The notes beneath the pieces are model-generated. The model made no database searches and had not been told where the DNA came from. It worked only from the letters and a program-made list of their open reading frames with translations. A stretch of 64,000 bases of DNA from Chloroflexota bacterium (GTDB lineage: Bacteria > Chloroflexota > Anaerolineae > UBA4142): positions 28,910 to 92,909 of the forward strand of contig JBBIUF010000003.1 in assembly GCA_037440365.1 (NCBI GenBank), in the 5' to 3' direction. The position numbers and the translations under genes were made by a program. Of this stretch, positions 52,264 to 60,716 are shown piece after piece (within the stretch, counting starts at the first letter, position 1; each line of letters opens with the position of its first letter).

Positions 52264-53271
52264 CTATTGATAACTCGCCAAGCCTAGCCCCATGGCGGTG
52301 CGCGCATCATCCACCGTTTGCTGGGAAATTGGGCGTACCTTTGCCGCGCCGGCGGCGAGAATGTCGTCCAACAATTTTTTCTGGGAAGCATAATACGCAC
52401 GGCGTTCGCGGATCGGATCGAGAAAATTGTTTAGCGCGACAGCTAGCTTCTTTTTCACTTCGACATCGCCAACCTTGCCCGCGCGATACCGCGTTTTCAA
52501 ATCTTCCACTTCGGCCTTGTTTGGATTAAAGGCGTCGTGATATTGAAACACCGGGTTGCCTTCTGGATTGGCGGGAATGTCGGCACGGATGCGCGTAGGA
52601 TCGGTGTACATGGCGCGCACTTTGGTCTCAACGGTTTTGGCGTCGTCGGAAAGCAAAATTGCATTGCCAATGGACTTGGACATTTTGCCTTTGCCGTCGG
52701 TGCCCATCAACGTCGGCACTTCGCCGATCAGCGCGTCCGGTTCGGGGAATACTTCGCCGTATTGAAAATTAAATCGCCGCGCAAGTTCGCGCGTCACTTC
52801 AATGTGCGATTCCTGATCCTTGCCGACTGGGACGAGGTGCGCCTTGACGTGCAGAATATCGGCGGCTTGTAACACGGGATAGCCCAGCAAGCCATACGCT
52901 GGGTTTTCGATGTGTTCCGCGTCCATCACTTCCTTGAGCGAAGGCACGCGCTCCAAACGCGGCACGGTGGTCAACATCGAAAAAAGTAAATGCAATTCGC
53001 ACACGCTTGGCACATCCGATTGCACATAGATGGTGGTCTTGGCTGGATCGATGCCAACTGCGAGATAATCAAGCACCAGGTCGCGGGAATATTGCCGCGT
53101 GGCGACGACGTGTTCCTTGTCTTGGTTGCGCGTGAGTGCGTGATAATCGGCGACGACGAGAAAGACTTCGTATTCGTCTTGTAAACGCACGCGGTTTGCC
53201 AATGTGCCGACGAAATGCCCCAGATGCAATGGCCCGGTTGGGCGATCACCTGTCAAGATTCGCTTTTTCAT
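52264..53271 (-). CDS. trpS: Tryptophan--tRNA ligase
   Basis: Start set at ATG 53271 (GGAGGA RBS). [13 protein letters not shown] (HIGH-type) and KMSKS motifs. The upstream part of the tracked ORF covers the T-box leader. Confidence 0.95.
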   Translation of the reverse strand: MKKRILTGDRPTGPLHLGHFVGTLANRVRLQDEYEVFLVVADYHALTRNQDKEHVVATRQYSRDLVLDYLAVGIDPAKTTIYVQSDVPSVCELHLLFSMLTTVPRLERVPSLKEVMDAEHIENPAYGLLGYPVLQAADILHVKAHLVPVGKDQESHIEVTRELARRFNFQYGEVFPEPDALIGEVPTLMGTDGKGKMSKSIGNAILLSDDAKTVETKVRAMYTDPTRIRADIPANPEGNPVFQYHDAFNPNKAEVEDLKTRYRAGKVGDVEVKKKLAVALNNFLDPIRERRAYYASQKKLLDDILAAGAAKVRPISQQTVDDARTAMGLGLASYQ

Positions 53272-53313
53272 TTTGTCCTCCCAAAGTTGGCGCAATGCCG
53301 CTCGTGCTGTATG

Positions 53314-53680
53314 AATAAAAAACGCTCGTCCCGCGCACAAGTTTGTGCGACTAGGGACGAGCGTTTGATTGCCCGTGGTGCCACCCGTTTTAGACTGGTT
53401 GGCGTTACCGTCAACGCCGTTACAAAATAAAATCCCTATCGCGAAACGATAGGGATTTGTGCCAGTCTCACTCTTGAGGGACGCGGAATAAATCCTGAAT
53501 CCCTTTTGCCATGATAACGGAGGCGACACCGGGAAACCCTACTGACCTGCGCGTTCGGATTTCCAACTCCCCGATCCATTTACCGCCGTTCCCAGCATCG
53601 CGCTCACACCCTTGCACGCGACTCTCTGCGCTTGTCCTGACGGTTACTCGTTCGGCTCAACGTTGTTATTTAATCAGTTG
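53314..53680 (-). promoter_or_regulatory. T-box riboswitch leader (tryptophan-specific by context) with terminator/antiterminator
   Basis: Minus strand has an AG-bay-like CAGAGAG, a distal GGGTGTGAGC, UGG candidates at 53578-53576 and 53594-53592, and the T-box core AAACGGGTGGCACCACGGG (53390-53372). The terminator is AACGCTCGTCCC...GGGACGAGCGTT plus TTTTTT (53366-53314). Confidence 0.85.
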
Positions 53681-53685
53681 ACGCA

Positions 53686-53714
53686 ACTATATCACGCCAG
53701 ACCTAAATTGTCAA
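53686..53714 (-). promoter_or_regulatory. Sigma-70-like promoter of the T-box/trpS transcript
   Basis: Minus strand reads TTGACA-17 nt-TATAGT. Confidence 0.7.
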
Positions 53715-53770
53715 GCGTAAAATGAACTAGCCATGCGTGACGCTAATTTGTTTTGCGCCACCGGCTTGCA

Positions 53771-54250
53771 TTACGTGGCGCTACTCGAGCGAGCGCGGCG
53801 CGCGGCAAAAATGATCAGTACCAGCACAACGCCACCCGCTAGGATGAGTAAATCTTCACCCAAGCCGGATTTCGGCAATGTGCCGGTTCCAGGTGTGCCA
53901 GTGCCGGGAGCAACCGTGCCGCTGATAAACGTGGTGGCTGTCACGGTTGAACTGCCGCCCACCGGTGTCCCGCCGCCCCCGCCGCCAATGACGACGAGCG
54001 TAGCCGTTGCCGTTGGTTCCAGCGTGTTTGTCGGTGCAGACGTGGCAACCGCGACCCGCGCCGGTGTTGGGGTGGTTACCGTAACCTTGACTGCTGTTGG
54101 CACCACCGCGGCTGGTTTGGTTATTTGCTGAAAGATCAAAATACCGCCAACGGCAATCCCGCCCAAAATTAACAAGCCAACCAAGCCGAGCGCAATCACC
54201 AAGAATGCTTTGTTGGGTCCGCCACCGCCCGCAGGTGCAACTTCTGCCAT
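53771..54250 (-). CDS. Small Thr/Pro/Gly-rich envelope protein with LPXTG-like (LPKSG) C-terminal sorting signal
   Basis: 159 aa, AAGGAGA RBS. N-terminal TM/signal helix, about 90-aa low-complexity T/P/V/G region, then LPKSG-LGED-hydrophobic 19 aa-RRARSS. Confidence 0.65.
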   Translation of the reverse strand: MAEVAPAGGGGPNKAFLVIALGLVGLLILGGIAVGGILIFQQITKPAAVVPTAVKVTVTTPTPARVAVATSAPTNTLEPTATATLVVIGGGGGGTPVGGSSTVTATTFISGTVAPGTGTPGTGTLPKSGLGEDLLILAGGVVLVLIIFAARRARSSSAT

Positions 54251-54291
54251 AGTTTTGTCTCCTTTTCTCCTGAATGTAAATCCACCCTAGT

Positions 54292-55377
54292 TCAGCCGAT
54301 CAGCTCTAAATTGTCCCAGGGGACGAAAACGTGAGCTTCCGATAAATCAATCTCTGCGCCCCATGCCAGCATCCCGCTATCTAAGGTTCGTGGTGAGGAT
54401 GGAGTGTCGGCAAGTTTGCCGATCTCGCCCGCATATGCGCCATTCACAATTCGCACTGTCGCGCCTACTTCCGCGACCAAGGTTGGCGGCGGCGTTATGG
54501 TGGTGTTGCTGTTCGCCGCGACCAGCATCGGAATGAATATTTCAGGACGCATCCCGTTCTTGACCACAGAGGGGGCGTTGATCACAGTCTCGTCACCGAT
54601 GTGCTGGGAGAGTAAATCAAAAATTGGCGCGCTTATTTTGTGCTCGCCCAAATTTTCCGTCACCAGTGTGGGCAGAGCCAACTCTTTGACCAGCGCGCGC
54701 AAGTCAGGAGCCAAGCCACCGACGATCAAACCTGCCGCGCGTTCTTGTGCCGCGCGGCGGATGGTTGCTTCGGTCACACCGGCGCCAGCAATCAACACCG
54801 CGCCGCGCGCGTTCATATCAATTTTATCATCAGTGAGTACGCTATCCGGTGCATCGGTCATTTTTTTGAGGATGCCATACCCCTCGCCGCCACCACCCCA
54901 GAGCCCTTGCACGAGTGCGCCAGTTGCTTCGATCACGGCACCCATGCGGGGCATGACATTGGTGACACTGCCACGATATAATGCTTTTAACTCAAAGGGG
55001 TCGTCCGCTAGTTCAATGGCAAGCCAAGCGCCTTGTACGGCTGTAATGCGCCCGCCGCTGGGTGCGCGATAAATCCGTTTCAAGGTGCCGAACAATTCCG
55101 GCTTGGAGGCAATGACTTCACGCGCGAGGACATCTTCGCCCGGCTTTTTGAGCAAATAGTTGGGCATCTGTGCTTCGGTGGTGCGTATATAGCGGGCGAG
55201 CGGAACCGGGCGCACATGCCCCAGCGCGTTCGTTTTGGCGATAATATCCAATGCGCCAACGCGCGCGCCCATGCTCACGACCACTGCACCGCGCACCGGA
55301 AGCATGCGTTCGCGTCGAATGCGTGCAAGATTCACCACGCGCGTTTGCGCGAGAGCGGGAATGAACACACTAGTCAT
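54292..55377 (-). CDS. Hypothetical soluble protein (361 aa) with C-terminal KOW-like motif
   Basis: 8-nt overlap with the upstream ATPase gene. C-terminal GATVRIVNGAYAGEIGKL resembles a KOW/SH3-like barrel motif. The rest is unassigned. Confidence 0.65.
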   Translation of the reverse strand: MTSVFIPALAQTRVVNLARIRRERMLPVRGAVVVSMGARVGALDIIAKTNALGHVRPVPLARYIRTTEAQMPNYLLKKPGEDVLAREVIASKPELFGTLKRIYRAPSGGRITAVQGAWLAIELADDPFELKALYRGSVTNVMPRMGAVIEATGALVQGLWGGGGEGYGILKKMTDAPDSVLTDDKIDMNARGAVLIAGAGVTEATIRRAAQERAAGLIVGGLAPDLRALVKELALPTLVTENLGEHKISAPIFDLLSQHIGDETVINAPSVVKNGMRPEIFIPMLVAANSNTTITPPPTLVAEVGATVRIVNGAYAGEIGKLADTPSSPRTLDSGMLAWGAEIDLSEAHVFVPWDNLELIG

Positions 55378-57160
55378 TCATCACCTCGCTACCCAGATCC
55401 CAATACCACCGTTGTACCTGCGCGCGCCGTTTCTCCGCGTCGGTGGACAAGGTGATCGGTCTGCCGCGCGCGTCAATAATCAAACCCAACGCGCCGCCTT
55501 CGATTTCGGCTTTGAAAATACCGGATGTGGGTTTGCCCAAAGTCACTCCGCTGGCGGGACGCGCTTCAATCATGGCTTTTTGCCCTAGCGGTAACGGAAT
55601 CAACTCAAGCGAGCCGTGTTCAACTTCGACATTCATCGTGCCACCGTTGGGAGTTTGCACCGTTATGCGCAAATCAATTTGACCGTCTCGGTTTTTCGAA
55701 AGCGGAACCAGGACGGTGCCCAGTGTGACAAAACCATCGCGTTCAATCACATTTGCCGCGGCTTCGGCGTTCACTGCCGCTAACCCGCCAAATGCCGGCA
55801 CCAAGCCAAGCGTATCAACGGCGAGTGTGAACACGCCAGATGGTTGGATCGTATCCAGCGCGAGTAATGCCAGCGCGCCGAGATTGGTATTGCGCGCGAC
55901 CAGGTTGCCGGTTAATACGATCAAATCCACTTGCGGATCGAGATCACTCGTGGCGATTGTTTCGCCAAGTGCGATATGCGCGGCGGCTTGCGCGAGGAAT
56001 GCTTCTGCGCGTGTGGACGGAATCGCGCGTGGCCGCAAGGCTTGATTCAACCAATGCAATTCCGCCGCTTCCGCGCTCATTTCGATCGGCAACCATTCAG
56101 TCAATCGGTCAATCTCGGCAGGGGTTGGAAGATTTTCCATTTGCCGACTCAGGCCTAGATCGCCGCGGACCACGCGCGTAAACGTTTCGTCGTGTGCCGA
56201 GACGACGGTGATCGCCGCGCGGCTAATATCCGCGCCCAAGACGCGCAGATTGTAGCGGCGCGCCAAAAAGCGCACGACATTTTCAAAAGCGCGGGCGGTT
56301 GGCACAACCGGCGTCGCAAGCCAGTTGGTCAAGGCATTCAAACCGGCAAGCCATGCAATTTTTTTCTCGATATAGATTGTTTCTAGCTCGTGTTGCAACG
56401 GTTGTAGATTTTCGCGTTCCATGGTCGGGCGCACATTATCCACTGGGCGAAGTTGGGTCACTTGGCCCAAGCGCGCGGCAATCTGCGAACGTGCTTCGTT
56501 GTTGCCGGCAAAGATCACAATGGGGCGCGTGCCTTCATCGCGGGAAGCAACGATCGCGGCGACTAGGTTCGTAATATCGTACAGCGCGGCAGTCGCGCCG
56601 CCATCGGTGCCGCCAACTAGGACGATCACTTCGGGATTGGCGCGCGCCAACCCTTCAGCCGCAATCACAGCCGGGTCGAGCGCAGACGCGATCGGCATTT
56701 TGCCGTCTTCGTTGGCAACTTGGGCATGCGCGGGTAACCAACGCCCGCCGCTTTCATCGAGCGCTAAGGTTGCTTCGATTGTGGCGTGGGTGCGCTTGAC
56801 GGCGCGTTCTGCGCTTGTCAAACTGACTTCACGGCTCAGTCCGACAATCGCCACACGCAAGGGTTGCGGCGCGCTCGTTACGATCACGCACGCATCCACG
56901 CCGCGTCCATCCGGGCGTTCGGGTGAAATCAATTGTCCGTCATCGCCAAGGATTTGGCGTTCGGTCTGCATTTGAATTTGCGCGATTGCATTCCGTACTC
57001 CTACGCCCACATCGGCAACGGGGTCGTCGGTCGTCGTCGCCGCAATGCCTGCGCCGACAAAGCGAAATTCGCCGGCGACGAGATCAACCAGCGCAACGTT
57101 CGTTGTGTCGCGACCAATATCGGCGACGAGGAGCGATTCAAGTTTTTGCAAGTCTGCCAT
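55370..57160 (-). CDS. GlmL/MutL-family (glutamate-mutase-L-like) ASKHA/actin-fold ATPase homologue
   Basis: 596 aa. N-terminal phosphate-1-like LLVADIGRDTTNVALVD, second nucleotide-fold-like VIVLVGGTDGG. Family call is from memory of GlmL-like sequences. Confidence 0.6.
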   Translation of the reverse strand: MADLQKLESLLVADIGRDTTNVALVDLVAGEFRFVGAGIAATTTDDPVADVGVGVRNAIAQIQMQTERQILGDDGQLISPERPDGRGVDACVIVTSAPQPLRVAIVGLSREVSLTSAERAVKRTHATIEATLALDESGGRWLPAHAQVANEDGKMPIASALDPAVIAAEGLARANPEVIVLVGGTDGGATAALYDITNLVAAIVASRDEGTRPIVIFAGNNEARSQIAARLGQVTQLRPVDNVRPTMERENLQPLQHELETIYIEKKIAWLAGLNALTNWLATPVVPTARAFENVVRFLARRYNLRVLGADISRAAITVVSAHDETFTRVVRGDLGLSRQMENLPTPAEIDRLTEWLPIEMSAEAAELHWLNQALRPRAIPSTRAEAFLAQAAAHIALGETIATSDLDPQVDLIVLTGNLVARNTNLGALALLALDTIQPSGVFTLAVDTLGLVPAFGGLAAVNAEAAANVIERDGFVTLGTVLVPLSKNRDGQIDLRITVQTPNGGTMNVEVEHGSLELIPLPLGQKAMIEARPASGVTLGKPTSGIFKAEIEGGALGLIIDARGRPITLSTDAEKRRAQVQRWYWDLGSEVMND

Positions 57161-57210
57161 TTTGGATCAGGTGTGTAGATTGGCGATGCGGGTCTAGGGC
57201 CAGTGTGTCA

Positions 57211-57867
57211 CTAGTGAATGAGCGGCAACCAATCATGCAAGATATAGTAAACTCGGCCGATCAAGATCGAAACGCGCGAAACGGCGGTTTGCGCAAAAAT
57301 TGCGCCGAACGCAATCAGGATGAACCAGCGCCCGATATAGCCCCAACCGCGCGCGAGCGTGTCCACCGCGCGCATGGATACGCGCTGAGGCGATTGAATA
57401 AATCGAAATGAGAGAAATGCGCCGACCGCGCCGAATACCATGAGTGCGTTGTTGGCAACCACATCCATTCCTTGCGTGGGTGACAGCGAGACCATCAGCG
57501 CGGCAATTTGCGGCACGAGTGCGCCTTGCAACGCGCCGCCAATGGCAAGCGCGCCGCCAATCCCAAATAGAAACGCAATTGGAAGGTTGCCGAGTGGCGC
57601 CCAGGTCGCGCGTAATTTTGCGAACAATAACAAGCCTAACACGAGTGGAATGATCAGGTGCCATTGATTTGCCGCGTCATCCAAAAGGGGCCATGCCAGT
57701 TGATCAATCAGCACGACGTTGATCGCGAGTACCGCCGCATAGCCAACCGCGACACCCACAAAGATCGCTTGGGCAATGCGAAACAAAGGCGTATCGCCCA
57801 ACAAGTAACTCAACACCAACAGTGTCAGGATTGCGCCGACGGTTACGCCAATAAAATCGCTGTTCAT
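57211..57867 (-). CDS. Polytopic membrane protein, unknown function (218 aa)
   Basis: About 6 predicted TM helices. 4-nt overlap with the upstream gene. No family recognised. Confidence 0.7.
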   Translation of the reverse strand: MNSDFIGVTVGAILTLLVLSYLLGDTPLFRIAQAIFVGVAVGYAAVLAINVVLIDQLAWPLLDDAANQWHLIIPLVLGLLLFAKLRATWAPLGNLPIAFLFGIGGALAIGGALQGALVPQIAALMVSLSPTQGMDVVANNALMVFGAVGAFLSFRFIQSPQRVSMRAVDTLARGWGYIGRWFILIAFGAIFAQTAVSRVSILIGRVYYILHDWLPLIH

Positions 57868-60113
57868 TTCGTCTTGTCCTGTGCGTGTTGCAATCGCCGT
57901 GTCAAATAAACTAGGTTGCCCAAGATAATGACGAACACGAACACTAGTTGCGCCGCAGTTTGGGCGTCGACACTTGTTACCGCCAGGCTTGCCGATTGAT
58001 TCGAAAGCAATTCATATTGCGCCGCGCCCAACAAGCCGCTCGTGATTGCGATGAGTTGGTTGGCATCGCGGTAGGCGCGTGCTTTTGGTTCGACTGCGGC
58101 GCTCACACCTGCCGCCATCGGTACGTTTGAAGGCAGGGCGACTTGTTCCAGCCACAATTTCAAATCGTTTTCCGATCCCGCTAACTCGATGACCAGCTTG
58201 ACGTCGCGCAACGATTTAAGGTTTGCGGTTACTGGGTATTTGCCCAACGCTTGGCCCTTGACGTCATTGCCCGTAAATCCGCGTGATGCAAACGCCGACA
58301 AACCCGCTTCGTGCCCGGCGATCCAATTCAGTATGACATAGTGTGTGCCGTACGTATAGTTACTGGCGTCTTGCGCGACGGTTGTCAAAACTCGTTGCGC
58401 AATCTGTGGCCCCGTTTCGTGCGTGCTGACGGCGACAATGTTGACATTCCGCGAAACCAGGTCGCGCGCAATGGTTGTGGCGAGCAGGTCCATCTCGCCT
58501 GACATGCCAGGATCGTAATCGAATGCCAATACGACCGTTGCGCCTGCGGGTAATTTGTGCACCACTTGGACGAAATCTTCCGCCGGCACGTGTCCTGTAA
58601 TTGGCACCGCCGCGCCAAAGAGATCGAATTTAACAAAGAACGGCAACACGACGGCGATGAACATGAACAAATAAATCAGCGGGCGCATGGTCCAAGCGCG
58701 CCGTGTTTTTGCGGCAACCGGCGCAGTCGTCACCGCAGGCGCGGCGAGAATCGCTTCAAATGCGCGCGCATGCTCCGATGCAGTTGTGGACGTTGCTGAT
58801 TTCGTTGTTGGAAAGGCATGTGGTTCGGCAATCGCTAATGCCAAGGGCAATACGCCACGCAACCCTTCAAGCGGTCCGGTTAGTTCCGTTTGCTCTTGTA
58901 CGGCGTCGGATGTTTCGGCTGGCTTGAGCGCGGCGACCCATGCCGGCACTTCTTCCGGCAATGCGGGTTGCAATGCCGGGGGTGCTGATTCAGTTGAAGC
59001 AGGTTCGCCAGTTGACGCGGGCGCTGGACCGCGCAACCAGTCGGGCAAATCATCGTCGTCGCTGGATTCCGTCATGGGCGCTTCAAGTGCCCATGCAGGT
59101 ACTTGCGAATCGAGCGGCGGCGCAACGAACGGGACATCGGATTCTAGAGATTCGAGCAAGAGATCGTTCGGCGATTCCTTGGCGGCGACAGGTGTAGACG
59201 CGGGTTCGACTGGTGGTTTGAGCGTTTCAAGCCAATCTGGGATCGCCGGTTCATCTACTGGTGTCGGCGCGATCGGTTCCGGAGTTGGCTCGACAGATTG
59301 ACCAATTGGCGGCAACAGTACCGCAGGCGGTGTAACTGGAGCAGGTGGGGTAAGCGGTGCGGGTTCGATTGGCGTGGCTTCAGTCCTGGGCAACCGCTTG
59401 AGCCAATCTGGGATTTCGCCGATGGTCGGTGACGATTCTTCCTGTGCGCCAATTGCTTCGGTGAGTGCAGATTCTTCGCGCGTTGGCTCATCGCGCAAGC
59501 GCTTGAGCCAATCAGGCGTTTCATCTGGCGTGTCATCGCTCGGCGATGCTGACCCGCGTGCTGGTGGCGCGCCTTTAAGCCAATCGGGAGTATCGGATGG
59601 AGATTCTTCTTTAATTGATGAATCCAAGATGGGCGCGGCGGATGCGTCGGTGGTCGGCTCATCTGCAGGTTGCGCCATGCGCAAACGCGCCAGCCAATCT
59701 GGGGTTTGATCTGGTGCAGGTGGCGGTTCGACGGCAAGCGATTCTGGTTTAAGCGTCGGCGCTGTTTCTTCCGCGGGCGGTGTTGTGGTGCGTAAACGTT
59801 CGAGCCAATCTTCAGCCGAAGGTTGTCCGGCGGCGGAGCTTGGCGGTTCAACTTTGGCGGGCGGTTCGACATGTTTTGCCGGAAGCGACAGTCCTTTGAT
59901 CGGCACAGCGGGTTGAACTTTTTCCGCCTCTGGTGCGGCGGTTAAGGGAACCAAGCGCGCGCCACAGCTACTGCAAAAAACACTTTCGACTTTGTTTGCC
60001 GTGCCGCACATGGGGCAAGTCAAACCCGACGCTTGTGTAAAGCGCGCGCCGCAGTTACTGCAAAATTTACTGCCATCTCGATTTTGGGTCCCGCAATGAG
60101 CACAATGAATCAT
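57864..60113 (-). CDS. Double zinc-ribbon protein with disordered PDWL-motif array and C-terminal TM-domain-TM module
   Basis: 749 aa. CAHCGT..CSNCG and CPMCGT..CSSCG. aa 100-395 are P/E/A/T-rich with 7 xDWL plus 2 PAW variants. TM helices near aa 455 and 715. Confidence 0.8.
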   Translation of the reverse strand: MIHCAHCGTQNRDGSKFCSNCGARFTQASGLTCPMCGTANKVESVFCSSCGARLVPLTAAPEAEKVQPAVPIKGLSLPAKHVEPPAKVEPPSSAAGQPSAEDWLERLRTTTPPAEETAPTLKPESLAVEPPPAPDQTPDWLARLRMAQPADEPTTDASAAPILDSSIKEESPSDTPDWLKGAPPARGSASPSDDTPDETPDWLKRLRDEPTREESALTEAIGAQEESSPTIGEIPDWLKRLPRTEATPIEPAPLTPPAPVTPPAVLLPPIGQSVEPTPEPIAPTPVDEPAIPDWLETLKPPVEPASTPVAAKESPNDLLLESLESDVPFVAPPLDSQVPAWALEAPMTESSDDDDLPDWLRGPAPASTGEPASTESAPPALQPALPEEVPAWVAALKPAETSDAVQEQTELTGPLEGLRGVLPLALAIAEPHAFPTTKSATSTTASEHARAFEAILAAPAVTTAPVAAKTRRAWTMRPLIYLFMFIAVVLPFFVKFDLFGAAVPITGHVPAEDFVQVVHKLPAGATVVLAFDYDPGMSGEMDLLATTIARDLVSRNVNIVAVSTHETGPQIAQRVLTTVAQDASNYTYGTHYVILNWIAGHEAGLSAFASRGFTGNDVKGQALGKYPVTANLKSLRDVKLVIELAGSENDLKLWLEQVALPSNVPMAAGVSAAVEPKARAYRDANQLIAITSGLLGAAQYELLSNQSASLAVTSVDAQTAAQLVFVFVIILGNLVYLTRRLQHAQDKTK

Positions 60114-60115
60114 GG

Positions 60116-60715
60116 TTATTCAGAATAGGGTCGATCCATGCCGACGATCAAACGCAACGCAGTCGCGATTGTGCCAAGCGCCACACCCAACAAAATGCCG
60201 CGCACGCCGGCGACACTTGGCACGTTCAGCAACCACTCTTTCGCTTGCGTTGCCACGTTGAGCAAGGGTGCCTGCCCAATAAACACGACGAGCGCGGTGA
60301 TCAACATCAGCAATGTTTCGATGTTCCGTGCGCGCATCGCGCGATACGCGGCGGTTGCCAAGAAGAATGCGGACAGCGCAAAGAATGCGCTTTGTAAGGG
60401 TGTGTAGATGTTATTGAAAATCCACGCCATCGCGTCGCCGGACGAGCCAAAAAGCAGACCGATCACTAGGACTAGAAATGCGGTAACGATCACGATCACG
60501 CTATAGCCCGCGCCCGGTTCGCTTCGCTTGACAATCCGCGACAGGTGGACGAGTAATAGATTGACTAAACCCAGGAGCAACGCAAACGCCGTGAGGATCA
60601 CTGCCCATTGTCGGAACGCGACGCCGAGCGCGCCCAGCACGGTCTGCTGGAAAAAGAAAGTGAGCAGAGTGACGAATCCAACGCCAATTGCAATTGCGGT
60701 GGCTAACCACTTCAT
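60116..60715 (-). CDS. Polytopic membrane protein, unknown function (199 aa)
   Basis: About 5-6 TM helices. 1-nt and 2-nt gaps to the neighbouring genes. No family recognised. Confidence 0.7.
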   Translation of the reverse strand: MKWLATAIAIGVGFVTLLTFFFQQTVLGALGVAFRQWAVILTAFALLLGLVNLLLVHLSRIVKRSEPGAGYSVIVIVTAFLVLVIGLLFGSSGDAMAWIFNNIYTPLQSAFFALSAFFLATAAYRAMRARNIETLLMLITALVVFIGQAPLLNVATQAKEWLLNVPSVAGVRGILLGVALGTIATALRLIVGMDRPYSE

Positions 60716-60716
60716 C

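Noticed and set aside
53272-53529. N-terminal extensions of tracked ORFs: trpS (to 53529), bcp (to 46855), the hydrolase (to 47589), the SBP (to 14064), the ATPase (to 10401), the PilZ protein (to 49916) and lhr (from 31009).
   Set aside because: In each case an internal ATG with a good RBS coincides with the start of the conserved family N-terminus. The extensions overlap the T-box leader, an upstream gene or a promoter.
58929-59816. Recurring GAGCCAATCTGGGAT-like DNA strings, considered as a possible CRISPR or other non-coding repeat array.
   Set aside because: They lie inside one uninterrupted 749-codon ORF. They are short (12-15 nt), degenerate and irregularly spaced, and they correspond to a conserved peptide motif (PDWL). 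This is a protein-level repeat, not a CRISPR array.
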